Of a stretch of DNA of 64,000 nt, positions 1 through 10,120 are shown one piece after another. The translations under genes were made by a program, and so were the position numbers. The notes beneath the pieces were generated by a model. The model did no database searches, was not told the DNA's origin, and saw nothing but the letters and a program-made list of their open reading frames with translations. Origin of the DNA: Vicinamibacterales bacterium (GTDB taxonomy: Bacteria; Acidobacteriota; Vicinamibacteria; Vicinamibacterales; SCN-69-37); contig JBBDWL010000062.1 in NCBI GenBank assembly GCA_040902895.1, positions 74,894 to 138,893 of the forward strand, written 5' to 3'. The first letter of the stretch is position 1; the number at the start of each line of letters is the position of its first letter.

Positions 1-954
1 CTGGCTGTAATAGCCGCGGTAGTCGCGCACGAACGTCGTATAGAGGTATTCCACCGATTCGGGAATCGAGAGCGTGCCGAACATGCAGTCCTGATCGTTT
101 CTGCCCTGCCGCGCGTCGTTGACGTCGAACTTGTGCACGCTGACACCCGCGAATTCGGCCAGGTCGCACGCGGTCGACGCGGTCGTCGCCTCCATCTTCT
201 GATGGCCGTAATCGATCGTGAGCCCGCAGTTGTTGCCGCCGGTCGCCTTGTTCACCGCCTGCGCGACGAGAATGGCGGACGCGGCGGTCGGAATGATCAT
301 GTAGAGCTCGCGGGGCTCGTACGGTTTTGGCTCGATCGCGAGCTTGATCCCGTGTTTCAGGCATTCGGTGTTGACCGTGACGAGCGCCTCGGTGAACCAC
401 TCGATCGACTGCTTGTAATCGATCTGAAAGTGATAGTCGGCGCCGTCCGATCCGGGCCACACGCTGAGCACCGGAATCTTCAGCCGGCGGCACATCTCCA
501 CGCCCTTGAGCACCTCGTCGAGGGCCGCGCGGCGGATCGCGGGGTCCGGATTGCACGGGCCGCCGAGGCGAAACTTCGGGTTCGTCCACGTATTGATGTT
601 GCAGGCGGTGAGGGTGAGGCCAAGTTCGGCAAGGTACCCATCGCGCGCGCGCGCCATCGCCGCGTCGTCGATGTCGCCGTTGAGCGTCTTTTCGAACACG
701 CTCTGATGGATCTCGATGGCGTCGACGCCGGCAGCCTTCGTGCGGCGGCACTGCCCCTCGAACGAATTCTGGAACTGCGGATCGTCCGAGTGATAGCCCG
801 GCGGCGCAAACCGATCGCAGAAGTCGCCGGCCGACCAGTGGCCGACGCTCATGCGGATGTCCATCTGTTTCAGAAACTCGATCGACTCCGCGCGGTCCAT
901 GTAGGCCCGCTTGGAGGCGGCGTAGGCAAGCTGATCGGCCGAGAATCGCGCCAT
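1..954 (-). CDS. Xylose isomerase-like TIM-barrel sugar isomerase (3' end outside window)
   Basis: Hand translation from ATG 954: MARFSADQ...SVWPGSDGADY...AIEPKPYEPRE...TIDYGH...FDVNDARQGRNDQD. Contains the WxGxDG and EPKPxEP motifs of the xylose isomerase family. The frame is open to the window edge. Confidence 0.8.
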   Translation of the reverse strand, partial: MARFSADQLAYAASKRAYMDRAESIEFLKQMDIRMSVGHWSAGDFCDRFAPPGYHSDDPQFQNSFEGQCRRTKAAGVDAIEIHQSVFEKTLNGDIDDAAMARARDGYLAELGLTLTACNINTWTNPKFRLGGPCNPDPAIRRAALDEVLKGVEMCRRLKIPVLSVWPGSDGADYHFQIDYKQSIEWFTEALVTVNTECLKHGIKLAIEPKPYEPRELYMIIPTAASAILVAQAVNKATGGNNCGLTIDYGHQKMEATTASTACDLAEFAGVSVHKFDVNDARQGRNDQDCMFGTLSIPESVEYLYTTFVRDYRGYYSQ

Positions 955-968
955 GAATGCCCGATATC

Positions 969-2549
969 CTATCGCGCAGCGACGGTGAACGTAAGGATTG
1001 TCAATGAATGTGCAGGGAACGTGTACGTGACGGTCGATCCGCCGCCGCCCGGCGCGCGGCGGGTTACCGGCCGCACTTTCCGGTCGTCGCCGTAGGTATG
1101 CGTCGCCTTCAGATCGGGATGGTTCAGCTCCCACACCGCAACGTCGCCGGCCACCGCGCCTGACTGGCTCTCGATGGCGGTGGTGATGTCCTTGTCTTTG
1201 CTGCGGTTGAGGACGTTCAGAAACACCTGCCGGGTAGCCGGGTTGTAGCTGGCCGAGAGGTCCAGGTACCTGAAGTCGCCGGCGCGGTTCTGGATCGTGT
1301 ATCGCGGCGCGTCCCACCACACGTCGAGCGCCGTATTCCCCCGCTGCTTGCTGTATTCCACCAGCGGAAAGTACGTCGGCTGCAGGAACACGCCCGTCTT
1401 GTTGGCCATGATCGGCGCAATCACGTTGACCATCTGCGCGAGATTCGCCATCTTCACGACGTCGGCGTGGCGGAAGAAGGAGTTGAAGAACATCCCCATG
1501 GCCAGCGCGTCTTCGAAGTTGTAGATCTCCTCGAGCTGCTCGCGGATGCCGGTGCGGTACCAGACATTCCACTCGTCATACGCGATGTAGATGGGGCGCG
1601 GACGCGGCCCCGTCTGCACTTCGCGGATCAGCGCCGCGGTGGTCTCGATGTAGCGATCGATCGTCTGCTGCCAGCCGCCGAGATACCGCTCGAAGTCGTT
1701 GGGCGAGTTGTTGATGTACGTGTGAATGGCGATGTAGTCGGCCTGGTTGCGCAGCCGCTGCAGCACGCCGCGGTTCCAGCCGATCCAGTCGGCGCCGTAA
1801 TTGCTCGATCCGTTTGCCACGAGCTTGATCGAGGGATCGATCGCGCGCATGGCCTTGGCCGCCTCGAGCGCCATCTTCGAATAGTCCTCGACGTTCTTGT
1901 GGCCCATCTGCCAGGGGCCGTCGATTTCGTTGCCGAGCGCCCAGTACTTCACGTTCCAGGGCGCGTCGCGGCCGTTCTTGCGCCGCTGGTCGGCCCAATA
2001 CGTCTTCTTCGTGCCGTTGGTGTACTCGACCCACTGCCATGCGTCGTCGATGGTGCCGAGGCCGAGATTGATCGCGATGTATGGCTCGGCGCCGATCATC
2101 TCGGCATAGCGAAGGAATTCGTCGGTGCCAAAGCGGTTGCTTTCGACGGCATTCCAGGCGAGGTCGGGGCGCGCGGGGCGCTGGTCTTTCGGCCCGATGC
2201 CGTCCTTCCAGTTGTAGGACGAGACGAAGTTGCCGCCGGGCCAGCGAAGGATCGAGACATCGAGGCCCTTGACCGCCTCCATGACGTCTTTGCGGAACCC
2301 GTTGGCGTCAGAGAGCGGGCTGCCCTCTTCGTAGATGCCGCCATAAATCATGCGGCCCAGATGCTCGGCGAAGTTGCCGAACAGGAGCGGATCGACCTGG
2401 CCGATGGTGCGGTCGACATCGATTTTGATGCGGGCCTCGGGCGCCGTCTGCGGTGCGGCCAGCAACGACGCACCGGCCAGGACGGCGGCGATCAAGACCA
2501 GCCTGAGGACGGACACGGGCCGGAGAGGGTCGGCAGATGGGGCTTGCAT
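969..2549 (-). CDS. abfA: Alpha-L-arabinofuranosidase, GH51, with signal peptide
   Basis: [27 protein letters not shown] (acid/base), YDEWNVW (nucleophile), [10 protein letters not shown]. Start taken at ATG 2549, 6 nt after a TACACT -10-like hexamer. Confidence 0.93.
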   Translation of the reverse strand: MQAPSADPLRPVSVLRLVLIAAVLAGASLLAAPQTAPEARIKIDVDRTIGQVDPLLFGNFAEHLGRMIYGGIYEEGSPLSDANGFRKDVMEAVKGLDVSILRWPGGNFVSSYNWKDGIGPKDQRPARPDLAWNAVESNRFGTDEFLRYAEMIGAEPYIAINLGLGTIDDAWQWVEYTNGTKKTYWADQRRKNGRDAPWNVKYWALGNEIDGPWQMGHKNVEDYSKMALEAAKAMRAIDPSIKLVANGSSNYGADWIGWNRGVLQRLRNQADYIAIHTYINNSPNDFERYLGGWQQTIDRYIETTAALIREVQTGPRPRPIYIAYDEWNVWYRTGIREQLEEIYNFEDALAMGMFFNSFFRHADVVKMANLAQMVNVIAPIMANKTGVFLQPTYFPLVEYSKQRGNTALDVWWDAPRYTIQNRAGDFRYLDLSASYNPATRQVFLNVLNRSKDKDITTAIESQSGAVAGDVAVWELNHPDLKATHTYGDDRKVRPVTRRAPGGGGSTVTYTFPAHSLTILTFTVAAR

Positions 2550-2557
2550 GCGCCTAG

Positions 2558-2597
2558 TGTAAGCGTTAACATCCGCGGCAGAATGTAATCGTTTACA
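2558..2597. promoter_or_regulatory. Two LacI/GalR-family operator-like palindromes in the divergent GH51 / TonB receptor promoter
   Basis: TGTAAGCGTTAACA (2558-2571) and TGTAATCGTTTACA (2584-2597) have the CG-centred TGWAANCG-type shape of LacI operators and overlap -10-like hexamers of both genes. Confidence 0.75.
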
Positions 2598-2640
2598 GTG
2601 CCGGGCAGCCCGCCCGCGCACCCCGTTACGAGGAGCCGCC

Positions 2641-5600
2641 ATGTCGTTTGCCAGACGCGTCGTGGTTTTCGGATTCGCTCTCGTGCTGCTCGCCGCGGCC
2701 CCCGCCGCCGCCCAGCAGCAGCTCGGTGTCATTCAAGGCACCATCGCCGACCGCACCGGAGGCGTCCTGCCGGGCGTCACCGTCACCGTCACCAACCTCG
2801 ACACCGGCGTGCCGCGGGTCGCCACCACCAACGACGCCGGCGTGTACCGCGTCATTGGCGTCGAGCCGGGCCGCTATCGCGTCAGTGCCGACCTGCAGGG
2901 TTTCCGAGGCGCCACGCGCAACGAAGTCATCGTCTCGGTCGGCGCGGCGCTGGGCATCAACTTCACGCTCGAACCCGGCGCCGTCACCGAGCGCGTCGAA
3001 GTGGCCGCCGTGGCCCCCGACATCCAGACGGAGCGCGCCGACGTATCCTCGGTCGTCGAACAGAAGAAAATCACCGATTTACCGCTCGTCGGACGCAACG
3101 TGCTGTCGCTGACCGCGCTGCAGCCCGGCGTGACCGGCATTCCGGGGCAGCAGGATTTCCTGTCGCCCGAACAAGGCCTCGGCGTCAGCGCCAATGGCGT
3201 GCGCCAGAGCGGCAACAACGCCACGGTCGATGGCGCAAGCCTGAACGGCGGACCATGGGGCGGGACGATGCTGGTCGTGCCCAATGTCGAGGCCGTGCAG
3301 GAATTCCGCGTGGTGACGAACAATCCGTCCGCGGAATACGGCCGCAATTCGGGCGCGATGGTGAGCGTGATCACCAAAGGCGGCACCAACCGGTTCACCG
3401 GGAGCCTGTTCGAATTCCACCGGAACGAGAACCTGCGCGCACGCGGCTTTTTCGAAAACCGCAGCCGGCCCAAGGCCGACTTCCGGCGCAACGATTTCGG
3501 CGGCAGCTTCGGCGGCCCGATCCGGCGCGACCGCGCGTTCTTCTTCACGTCGGCGGAGTTCGTGCGCGAGGTGACGGGCAATGCGTTCAATGCGACGGTC
3601 GAGACGCAGGAGCTGGTGAATTGGGTCAATGCGAACCGGCCGGGGTCGGTCGCCGCACAGCTGTTCCAGCGCTATGCCCCGCCGTCGTACCCCACCACCG
3701 ACCTGCGCGATCTGGGCGGACCGCTGCCGGGCACGAATCGTTGGAGCACCACCCCGGACGGCATTCCCGACGTCGGGACCATCAGCGTCGCCAACAGCGG
3801 TCCGCGGCGCGGTGAACAGCTCAACGCGCGCGCCGACTACGTGCTGCGCGGCGGCAAGGACCGGCTCAAGGGGACGTACTACCTCTCCAATATCGAGTCG
3901 CAGTTCCTGTACGTCAGGCCGCAGTTCGATCACCCATTTCCCTTCCGCAATCAGCTGTTCAATCTGGCGCATACCGCGGTGCTCTCGGATCGCACGGTGA
4001 ACGAAGCCACGTTCGGCTTCGTGCGCCAGCACGGCGAGGCTGGCAATCCGGCGCCCGAATCGCCGGATGCCTTCCCAGGCAACGGCGTCGCACGGTTCGG
4101 CGTGGAGTTCTGGCATCCCATCGACTTCACGCAGAACAACTTCGAGATTCGCAACACGCTCACGATGAACCGCGGGCGGCACTCGTTCCGTGTGGGCGGC
4201 GAGCTGCGCCACGGGCGCGACGGCGCCACGCTGCATCACTGGGAGCGTCCGAGCTATGGGTTCCAGAGCATTCTCGACTTCATCGACGACGAGCCGTTCA
4301 GTGAGGATCGCGCGGTGGATCCGGCGACCGGCCTGCCCACGACCGCCTACGGGCTGTACATCACCAATGAGTGGGGACTGTTCATTCAGGACAACTGGAA
4401 GGTGCGGCCGAATCTTACGCTCAATCTCGGCCTTCGGTACGAGAACTTCGGCAGTCCGACGAAGGCCGACATTCCGTACAACGGGATCATCCTTGGACCC
4501 GGCGCGACGCGCCAGGACCAGATGGTCGGCGCCCGCGTTGGCACCGTCGACAAACTGCATGAGACCGACTGGAACAACTTCGCGCCGCGGTTCGGGATCA
4601 CCTGGGATCCGACGTCGGAGGGACGGTTCGTGCTGCGCGGCGGCGGCGGCATCTCCTACAACCGCATCAACAACACCGTGTACTCGGACGAGCGGTTGAA
4701 TCCGCCGCAGTTTGCGCACGCGTTCGGATCGGTACAGGACGGCACGCCGATCGTGTACTCGCTCGGCCCCGACTTTGCGCGCAACACCGCGCTCGGCCGC
4801 GGCGTCGATCCGCGCGGCGGCATTGTCGGCGCCCGCGTCAGCCTGCGCGTCGTCGATCCGGAGCTCGAGATTCCGGAATACTACAACTGGTTCGCGGGCC
4901 TGCAGTATCAGCTGCCGTGGCGGTTCGTTATCGACGCGACGTACAACGGCAGCGCCGGACGGAAGCTGATGAACGGCGATGGCCCTGGCGGCGAAGACTA
5001 CAACCGGTTTTCGGGTGATCTGCTTGACGGACGGCGCGATCGGCTCAACCCGAGCTTTGCAACCGTGGGACTGAACGAGAGCCGCGTGAAATCCAATTAC
5101 CACGGGTTCTCGCTGCAGCTGCAGCGGCGGTACTCAGGAGGTTTCGCGTTCCAGAGCGTCTACACGCTGGGTTTCGCGAAGGACGGAGACGGCACCGCGA
5201 TGATCGTCGAGCGTCCGGAGCTTGACTACGGGTGGGCTGACGGCGACGTGCGGCATCGCGTGGCGATGAACTTCGTCTGGGAGATTCCGTATCGTCCGTC
5301 GCACCGGATTCTGAAGGCGGTCCTCGGCGGGTGGCAGCTCAATGGCCTGGCCATTCTGCAGTCGGGCGCGCCATTCACCGTGATTTGCTCGTTCGCGTAT
5401 CCGAGGTGTGATTTCAACGCGGACGGCGTCAACAACGACCGCGTCAACCTGCCGGGCTTCGGCACCGACTTCGGCTCGCCGACGCAAGCCGAGTGGTTCG
5501 CGGGCGTGTTGAATGCGGCGGACTTTCCCCTGCCGGCTCAGGGAGAGGTCGCGAATCAGGAGCGCAACGCGTTCCGCGGCCCGGGATTCAGGAACGCCGA

Positions 5601-5814
5601 CCTGTCCCTGGTGAAGAACTTCCCGATGGCCATCGGCGCGCGCGGGTCGACACTGCAGATGCGGCTCGAGGCCTTCAATGCGTTCAACTGGGTCAACCTC
5701 AACAACCCGGTGACCGCAGTGAACAACCCCAGCTTCGGGCGCGTGACGAGCGTGCGCGGCGGTGGCACCGGCGGACCGAGGCTGGTGCAGGTAGGGCTGA
5801 GGTTTTCGTTCTAA
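2641..5814 (+). CDS. TonB-dependent receptor, Oar-like, with N-terminal carboxypeptidase-regulatory-like domain
   Basis: Signal peptide, [51 protein letters not shown]-terminal aromatic GLRFSF. AGGAG ribosome binding site. Confidence 0.92.
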   Translation: MSFARRVVVFGFALVLLAAAPAAAQQQLGVIQGTIADRTGGVLPGVTVTVTNLDTGVPRVATTNDAGVYRVIGVEPGRYRVSADLQGFRGATRNEVIVSVGAALGINFTLEPGAVTERVEVAAVAPDIQTERADVSSVVEQKKITDLPLVGRNVLSLTALQPGVTGIPGQQDFLSPEQGLGVSANGVRQSGNNATVDGASLNGGPWGGTMLVVPNVEAVQEFRVVTNNPSAEYGRNSGAMVSVITKGGTNRFTGSLFEFHRNENLRARGFFENRSRPKADFRRNDFGGSFGGPIRRDRAFFFTSAEFVREVTGNAFNATVETQELVNWVNANRPGSVAAQLFQRYAPPSYPTTDLRDLGGPLPGTNRWSTTPDGIPDVGTISVANSGPRRGEQLNARADYVLRGGKDRLKGTYYLSNIESQFLYVRPQFDHPFPFRNQLFNLAHTAVLSDRTVNEATFGFVRQHGEAGNPAPESPDAFPGNGVARFGVEFWHPIDFTQNNFEIRNTLTMNRGRHSFRVGGELRHGRDGATLHHWERPSYGFQSILDFIDDEPFSEDRAVDPATGLPTTAYGLYITNEWGLFIQDNWKVRPNLTLNLGLRYENFGSPTKADIPYNGIILGPGATRQDQMVGARVGTVDKLHETDWNNFAPRFGITWDPTSEGRFVLRGGGGISYNRINNTVYSDERLNPPQFAHAFGSVQDGTPIVYSLGPDFARNTALGRGVDPRGGIVGARVSLRVVDPELEIPEYYNWFAGLQYQLPWRFVIDATYNGSAGRKLMNGDGPGGEDYNRFSGDLLDGRRDRLNPSFATVGLNESRVKSNYHGFSLQLQRRYSGGFAFQSVYTLGFAKDGDGTAMIVERPELDYGWADGDVRHRVAMNFVWEIPYRPSHRILKAVLGGWQLNGLAILQSGAPFTVICSFAYPRCDFNADGVNNDRVNLPGFGTDFGSPTQAEWFAGVLNAADFPLPAQGEVANQERNAFRGPGFRNADLSLVKNFPMAIGARGSTLQMRLEAFNAFNWVNLNNPVTAVNNPSFGRVTSVRGGGTGGPRLVQVGLRFSF

Positions 5815-5818
5815 GACA

Positions 5819-5952
5819 GGCCCTAGGCGCTAGACCCTTGGCGCTCGGCATGAGCCGTCGCGGACAACGCCGCGGCGGCTTTCGATATTCAGCCGGCGGG
5901 CCGTTGTGCCCGCCGGCTCGGGCCTATGGCCCGGGGCCTAGGGCCTAGGGCT
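5819..5952. repeat. Long imperfect intergenic hairpin bounded by inverted arrays of 7-bp repeats
   Basis: Left arm GGCCCTA GGCGCTA GACCCTT GGCGCTC. Right arm TCGGGCC TATGGCC CGGGGCC TAGGGCC TAGGGCT. Inner pairings GAGCCG/CGGCTC, ACAACG/CGTTGT, CGGCT/AGCCG. Confidence 0.7.
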
Positions 5953-5974
5953 CAACAGCGATAGGATTCCCCCT

Positions 5975-8524
5975 ATGTCCCGACGCTTTACTGTCGCGCT
6001 GGCTCTAATCGGAGCCTTCACCATTGTTCTTGTCGTGACCGCGCGCACGCAGGATCCGCAGCGCCCGGCGCCCTCGGGCCGCGACTATCCCGTGCAGCCG
6101 GTGCCTTTTACCTCGGTGCGGCTCACCGACCAGTTCTGGGCGCCGCGCATCGAAACCAATCGGAAGGTGACGATTCCTGTCGCGTTCCAGCAGTGCGAGC
6201 GCACGCAGCGTGTCTATCACTTCGAGCGCGCGGCCAAGGTGCTGCGCGGCGAGCCGGTCGATGATCTGCGTCCGCCGGGTTATCCGTTCGACGACACCGA
6301 TGTCTACAAGGTGATCGAAGGCGCGGCGTACACGTTGAGTGTCGTGCCCGATCCGAAGCTCGATGCGTACGTCGACGGACTCATTGCGAAGATCGCCGCG
6401 GCGCAGGAGCCTGACGGCTATCTCTACACGACGCGCACCATCAATCCCGCGGCGCCGCACCGGTGGGCGGGCACCGAGCGCTGGCAGCGCGAGCGCGACG
6501 ACAGCCACGAGCTCTACAACCTCGGGCATCTGTTCGAGGCGGCCGTGGCGCACCATCTGGCCACCGGCAAGCGGAACCTCTTCGACGTTGCGCTCAAGGC
6601 CGCCGACCTGCTCGTGAATACATTCGGGCCCGGCAAGCGATCGACGTGGCCCGGCCATCAGATCACCGAGATGGCGCTCGTGCGCCTCTATCGCGTCACC
6701 GGCAACGACAAGTACCTCGATCTGGCGAAGTTCCTGATCGACGAGCGCGGTCCCGGCCCGGATCCGTCGAAGCCGACGATCTTCCCGAACGGCGAGCGCG
6801 CGAACCCGCGCGGTCTCGACTACAACCAGGCGCAGCAGAAGGTTGTCGACCAGTCCGAGCCGGTCGGGCATGCCGTGCGCGCGATGTACATGTATGCCGG
6901 CATGGCCGATGTCGCGGCGCTGACCGGCGACACGGCGGTGCAGGCGGCCGGCGATCGCATCTGGACGCACCTGGTCGAGAGCAAGCTGTATCTCACGGGC
7001 GGCATCGGCGCAGCAGGCGGTCACGAAGGCTTCGGGCCGCCGTTCGACCTGCCCAACATGCAGGCCTACAACGAAACGTGCGCGTCGGTGGGCATGGACT
7101 ACTGGAACCATCGCCTGTTCCTGCTGCACGGCGACGCGAAGTACATCGACGTGATGGAGCGCACGCTCTATAACGGCCTGCTCTCGGGCGTGTCGCTCGA
7201 CGGCAAGACCTTCTTCTATCCGAACCCGCTCGAGTCGAACGGCCAGCACGCGCGCGCCGAGTGGTTCGGCGTCGCCTGCTGTCCCGGCAACATCACGCGC
7301 TTCATGGCGTCGGTGCCCGGCTACATGTACGGCAAGACGGCCGACGCCATCTACGTGAACCTGTTCGCCGCGGGCAGCGCCGACATCGAGGTCGGCTCGC
7401 GCAAGGTGAAGGTCACGCAGGAAACGCGCTTTCCGTGGGACGGCGCGATCAACATCTCTGTCGCGCCGGCGGCGGCCTCGACGTTCACGGTCAACGTGCG
7501 CATTCCCGGATGGACGCGCGACGAGGCCGTGCCGAGCACGCTCTATAGCTTCCGAGACAAGGCGGCCGCGCCGACGCTGTCGGTCAACGGACAGCCCGTG
7601 CCCGTGACCCTGAGCAAAGGCTACGTCGCGATCACGCGCGAGTGGAAGGCCGGCGACGCCATTCAACTGTCGCTGCCGATGCCCGTGCGGCGTGTGGTTG
7701 CCGACGAGCGTGTGGCGGCCGATCGCGGGCGCGTCGCCCTGCAGCGCGGCCCCATCGTCTATGCCGCCGAATGGCCCGACAATCCCGATGGCAAGGTCCG
7801 CAACATCGTGCTGTCGGATGCGCGCGCGCTGACCGCGGAATTCAAGCCGGCGCTGCTCAATGGCGTAGTCACGATTAACGGGACCGCGACAGGCCTTTCA
7901 TATGACGAGAAGGGCGTGTTGCGGAAGCGCGAACAGCCGTTCGTGGCGATCCCGTACGCGACGTGGGCCAATCGCGGACGCGGACAGATGGCGGTCTGGC
8001 TTGCCCGCGAGGATTCAGCCGCGCGGCCGACGCCGTTCCCCACCGTCGCGACGACAAGCACGGTCACGGTGTCGCCGCTGCCGCGGGGCCGCGGCAAGAA
8101 CCCGCGCAACATCGTCGACGGCGAAGAGCCGGCGAGCTCGGCAGATTCTTCCGCGTACTTCGACTGGTGGCCGTTGAACGGCTGCAAGCCGGGAGAGCCT
8201 CCGCCGGCAGCGGGGCAGCCTCGCCCGTGCAGCCAGGGCGAATGGATCGAAATGGCCTTCGAAAAGCCGGCCACTGTGTCACAGACGGAGATTTACTGGT
8301 TCGACGACACCGGCCGCGGGGGCGTGCGCGTGCCGGCATCCTGGAAACTGTTTTATAAGGATGGCGATGCGTGGAAACCCGTGGAAGCGTTGACCCCATT
8401 CGGCACGGCGCGTAATAGCTGGAACAAAATTGCCTTCAAACCCGTCATGACCAGCGCCCTCCGCATCGAGCTCGTCATGCAGCCGGGTGTGTCGGCCGGC
8501 GTTCAGGAGTGGAAGGTCAAATAG
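5975..8524 (+). CDS. Beta-L-arabinofuranosidase-like GH127 with C-terminal discoidin/F5-8-like domain
   Basis: DTDVYK, SHELYNLGH, GHAVRA, YNETCASVG, ACCPGNI (Zn-Cys3 site). N-terminal signal/TM segment. Confidence 0.9.
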   Translation: MSRRFTVALALIGAFTIVLVVTARTQDPQRPAPSGRDYPVQPVPFTSVRLTDQFWAPRIETNRKVTIPVAFQQCERTQRVYHFERAAKVLRGEPVDDLRPPGYPFDDTDVYKVIEGAAYTLSVVPDPKLDAYVDGLIAKIAAAQEPDGYLYTTRTINPAAPHRWAGTERWQRERDDSHELYNLGHLFEAAVAHHLATGKRNLFDVALKAADLLVNTFGPGKRSTWPGHQITEMALVRLYRVTGNDKYLDLAKFLIDERGPGPDPSKPTIFPNGERANPRGLDYNQAQQKVVDQSEPVGHAVRAMYMYAGMADVAALTGDTAVQAAGDRIWTHLVESKLYLTGGIGAAGGHEGFGPPFDLPNMQAYNETCASVGMDYWNHRLFLLHGDAKYIDVMERTLYNGLLSGVSLDGKTFFYPNPLESNGQHARAEWFGVACCPGNITRFMASVPGYMYGKTADAIYVNLFAAGSADIEVGSRKVKVTQETRFPWDGAINISVAPAAASTFTVNVRIPGWTRDEAVPSTLYSFRDKAAAPTLSVNGQPVPVTLSKGYVAITREWKAGDAIQLSLPMPVRRVVADERVAADRGRVALQRGPIVYAAEWPDNPDGKVRNIVLSDARALTAEFKPALLNGVVTINGTATGLSYDEKGVLRKREQPFVAIPYATWANRGRGQMAVWLAREDSAARPTPFPTVATTSTVTVSPLPRGRGKNPRNIVDGEEPASSADSSAYFDWWPLNGCKPGEPPPAAGQPRPCSQGEWIEMAFEKPATVSQTEIYWFDDTGRGGVRVPASWKLFYKDGDAWKPVEALTPFGTARNSWNKIAFKPVMTSALRIELVMQPGVSAGVQEWKVK

Positions 8525-8533
8525 GAGTTCAGG

Positions 8534-8917
8534 ATGAAAAGTCTCGCAGCGCTCGCCATTCTTCTGTTCACCCTGGCGCCTGGCCAGACGGCCGGCAATC
8601 TGACCGGCACGTGGTCCGGCACATTTACCATGATTGCTGAGGACGGCACGCCGCGTGAGATGAAAATCGAGCTGACTCTCACGCACAAGGGCAAAGACCT
8701 GACGGGTTCCGCCGGACCCAGTGCCGAGCAGCAGTGGCCGCTCAGCAACGGTGTCGTCGCCGGCGACAAGGTGACGTTCCAGGTCCAGGAGAACTCCAAC
8801 GGCCCGCTCATCAGCTTCACGCTCACGCACGCGAAAGATCGCTTGACCGGCCAGGCGTCGGGCGAAGACGACGGCCGGAAACTCAGTGCGAAAATTGACG
8901 CCGGGCGCGTCAAGTAG
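8534..8917 (+). CDS. Small secreted hypothetical protein (beta-rich, GxWSG motif)
   Basis: AGGAG ribosome binding site, signal peptide, NLTGTWSGTF...LTGSAGP. Confidence 0.75.
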   Translation: MKSLAALAILLFTLAPGQTAGNLTGTWSGTFTMIAEDGTPREMKIELTLTHKGKDLTGSAGPSAEQQWPLSNGVVAGDKVTFQVQENSNGPLISFTLTHAKDRLTGQASGEDDGRKLSAKIDAGRVK

Positions 8918-8920
8918 AGG

Positions 8921-8950
8921 TTGACACCCGCCTCGCGGCGCGAGTAACGT
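8921..8950 (+). promoter_or_regulatory. Sigma70-like promoter of the phe leader/pheA unit
   Basis: TTGACA (8921-8926), 18-nt spacer, TAACGT (8945-8950). Confidence 0.65.
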
Positions 8951-8960
8951 CTTGACCATC

Positions 8961-9032
8961 GTGAACGCTCGCGCCGCCCGCTTTACGTACTTTTTTACGG
9001 CCTCTTTTGAGGTGAGGGTCCGGCTCGGCTAA
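8961..9032 (+). CDS. Phe/Tyr-rich attenuator leader peptide (PheL/PheM-like), MNARAARFTYFFTASFEVRVRLG
   Basis: GTG start, 4 Phe (all TTT) and 1 Tyr within 9 codons, TAA at 9030-9032. Lies between a promoter and a terminator upstream of prephenate dehydratase. Confidence 0.8.
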   Translation: MNARAARFTYFFTASFEVRVRLG

Positions 9033-9066
9033 ATTTACGATTTACAATTTCCAATTAGCTGCCACC

Positions 9067-9104
9067 AAAGCCCGCCTCCGAAAGGATCGCGGGCTTTTCG
9101 CTTT
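9067..9104 (+). terminator. Intrinsic terminator (attenuator 3:4 hairpin)
   Basis: AAAGCCCGC (9067-9075) pairs with GCGGGCTTT (9089-9097), with an inner TCC-GAAA-GGA, followed by TCGCTTT. Confidence 0.85.
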
Positions 9105-9116
9105 AAGGAGCAGAAC

Positions 9117-9290
9117 GTGCCGGAAGATGCGAACAAGAACACCACCGATGGCCCCAGTCTGAGTGACTGCCAGGACCTGATCGCTCGAATAGACGGAACC
9201 ATTGCTGCGCTCGAGCGCGAGCGGATATTGCTCGAACGGCGCGCAAACGCCTTGAGCAAAGCGCCCGCAGAGCAGCGCCGTGCCGGTTAG
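9117..9290 (+). CDS. 57-aa degenerate AroQ (type II chorismate mutase) helix-1-like peptide, possibly vestigial
   Basis: AAGGAG ribosome binding site and GTG start. MPEDANKNTTDGPSLSDCQDLIARIDGTIAALERERILLERRANALSKAPAEQRRAG resembles the AroQ pattern LxxxRxxIDxIDxxIxxLxxxR. Below the ORF-track length cut-off. Confidence 0.55.
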   Translation: MPEDANKNTTDGPSLSDCQDLIARIDGTIAALERERILLERRANALSKAPAEQRRAG

Positions 9291-10116
9291 CGCCGCAGCG
9301 CGCGACGCCGCCTATCAGGGCGCGCCTGGCGCGTACAGCGAGGTGGCCGCGCGCGATTTGCTCGGCGACAGCGCGTCGCTGCTGCCCTGCCCCACGCTCG
9401 AGGACATGTTCGACGCCGTGCGCGATGGTCAGGCGCGGCATGCCGTCGTGCCGGTTGAAAACTGCCTGACCGGCGCCGTGCCCAACGCGTACGAGCTCCT
9501 CTTTGCGCACGAACTGCAGGCAATTGGTGAAACGCAGGTCCACATCGAGCACGTGCTTGCCGCACCGCCGGGAGCGACGCTGGAAGGCATTCGCCGGGTG
9601 CTCTCGCATCCCGTGGCGCTCGCGCAGTGCCGCCGGTTCTTTGCGGAGCATCCTCGCATCGAAGCGGTGGCCGCATTCGACACGGCCGGCGCCGTCGAGA
9701 TGGTCATGCGCGTCGGGGACAGGACGAGCGCGGCGCTTGCAGCGCGCCGGACGGCGGCGATCTACGGCGCCGACGTCATCGCCGACACGCTGCAGGATCA
9801 CGCCGAGAACTGGACGCGCTTTCTGCTGGTTGCGCCCGCCGGACGGATCGACGACTCGCCGGGCCCTCGAAAAGCGCTCGTCACATTCGAGCTGCCGCAC
9901 ACGCCCGGGGCGCTGCATCATGCGCTTGAGCCGCTGGCCGCGCACGGTCTGAATCTCACCCGCATCCAGAGCCAGCCCGTTCACGGCCGCCCGTTCGAAT
10001 ACCGCTTCCTGGTCGAAATGACGAGCGAGGACGGCATGACGCTCGAGAAAGGTCTCGAGGCCATGCGCATGGTGACGCGAGGGCTGAAGACGTTCGGAAA
10101 TTATCATGTAGGCTGA
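9280..10116 (+). CDS. pheA: Prephenate dehydratase (PDT + ACT domain)
   Basis: AYQGAPGAYSE, VVPVEN, SHPVALAQC, NWTRF, PGALHHAL, NLTRIQSQP, FEYRFLVE. Confidence 0.93.
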   Translation: MPVSAAARDAAYQGAPGAYSEVAARDLLGDSASLLPCPTLEDMFDAVRDGQARHAVVPVENCLTGAVPNAYELLFAHELQAIGETQVHIEHVLAAPPGATLEGIRRVLSHPVALAQCRRFFAEHPRIEAVAAFDTAGAVEMVMRVGDRTSAALAARRTAAIYGADVIADTLQDHAENWTRFLLVAPAGRIDDSPGPRKALVTFELPHTPGALHHALEPLAAHGLNLTRIQSQPVHGRPFEYRFLVEMTSEDGMTLEKGLEAMRMVTRGLKTFGNYHVG

Positions 10117-10120
10117 GCCG

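Noticed and set aside
3079-5103. Long alternative-frame and antisense ORFs (e.g. 3079-5103, 6005-7666, 26354-28276, 43920-46115, 51503-53323, 53163-54974, 56636-58579)
   Set aside because: They are shadows of well-supported genes in high-GC DNA: Arg/Ala/Pro-rich with no recognisable motifs.
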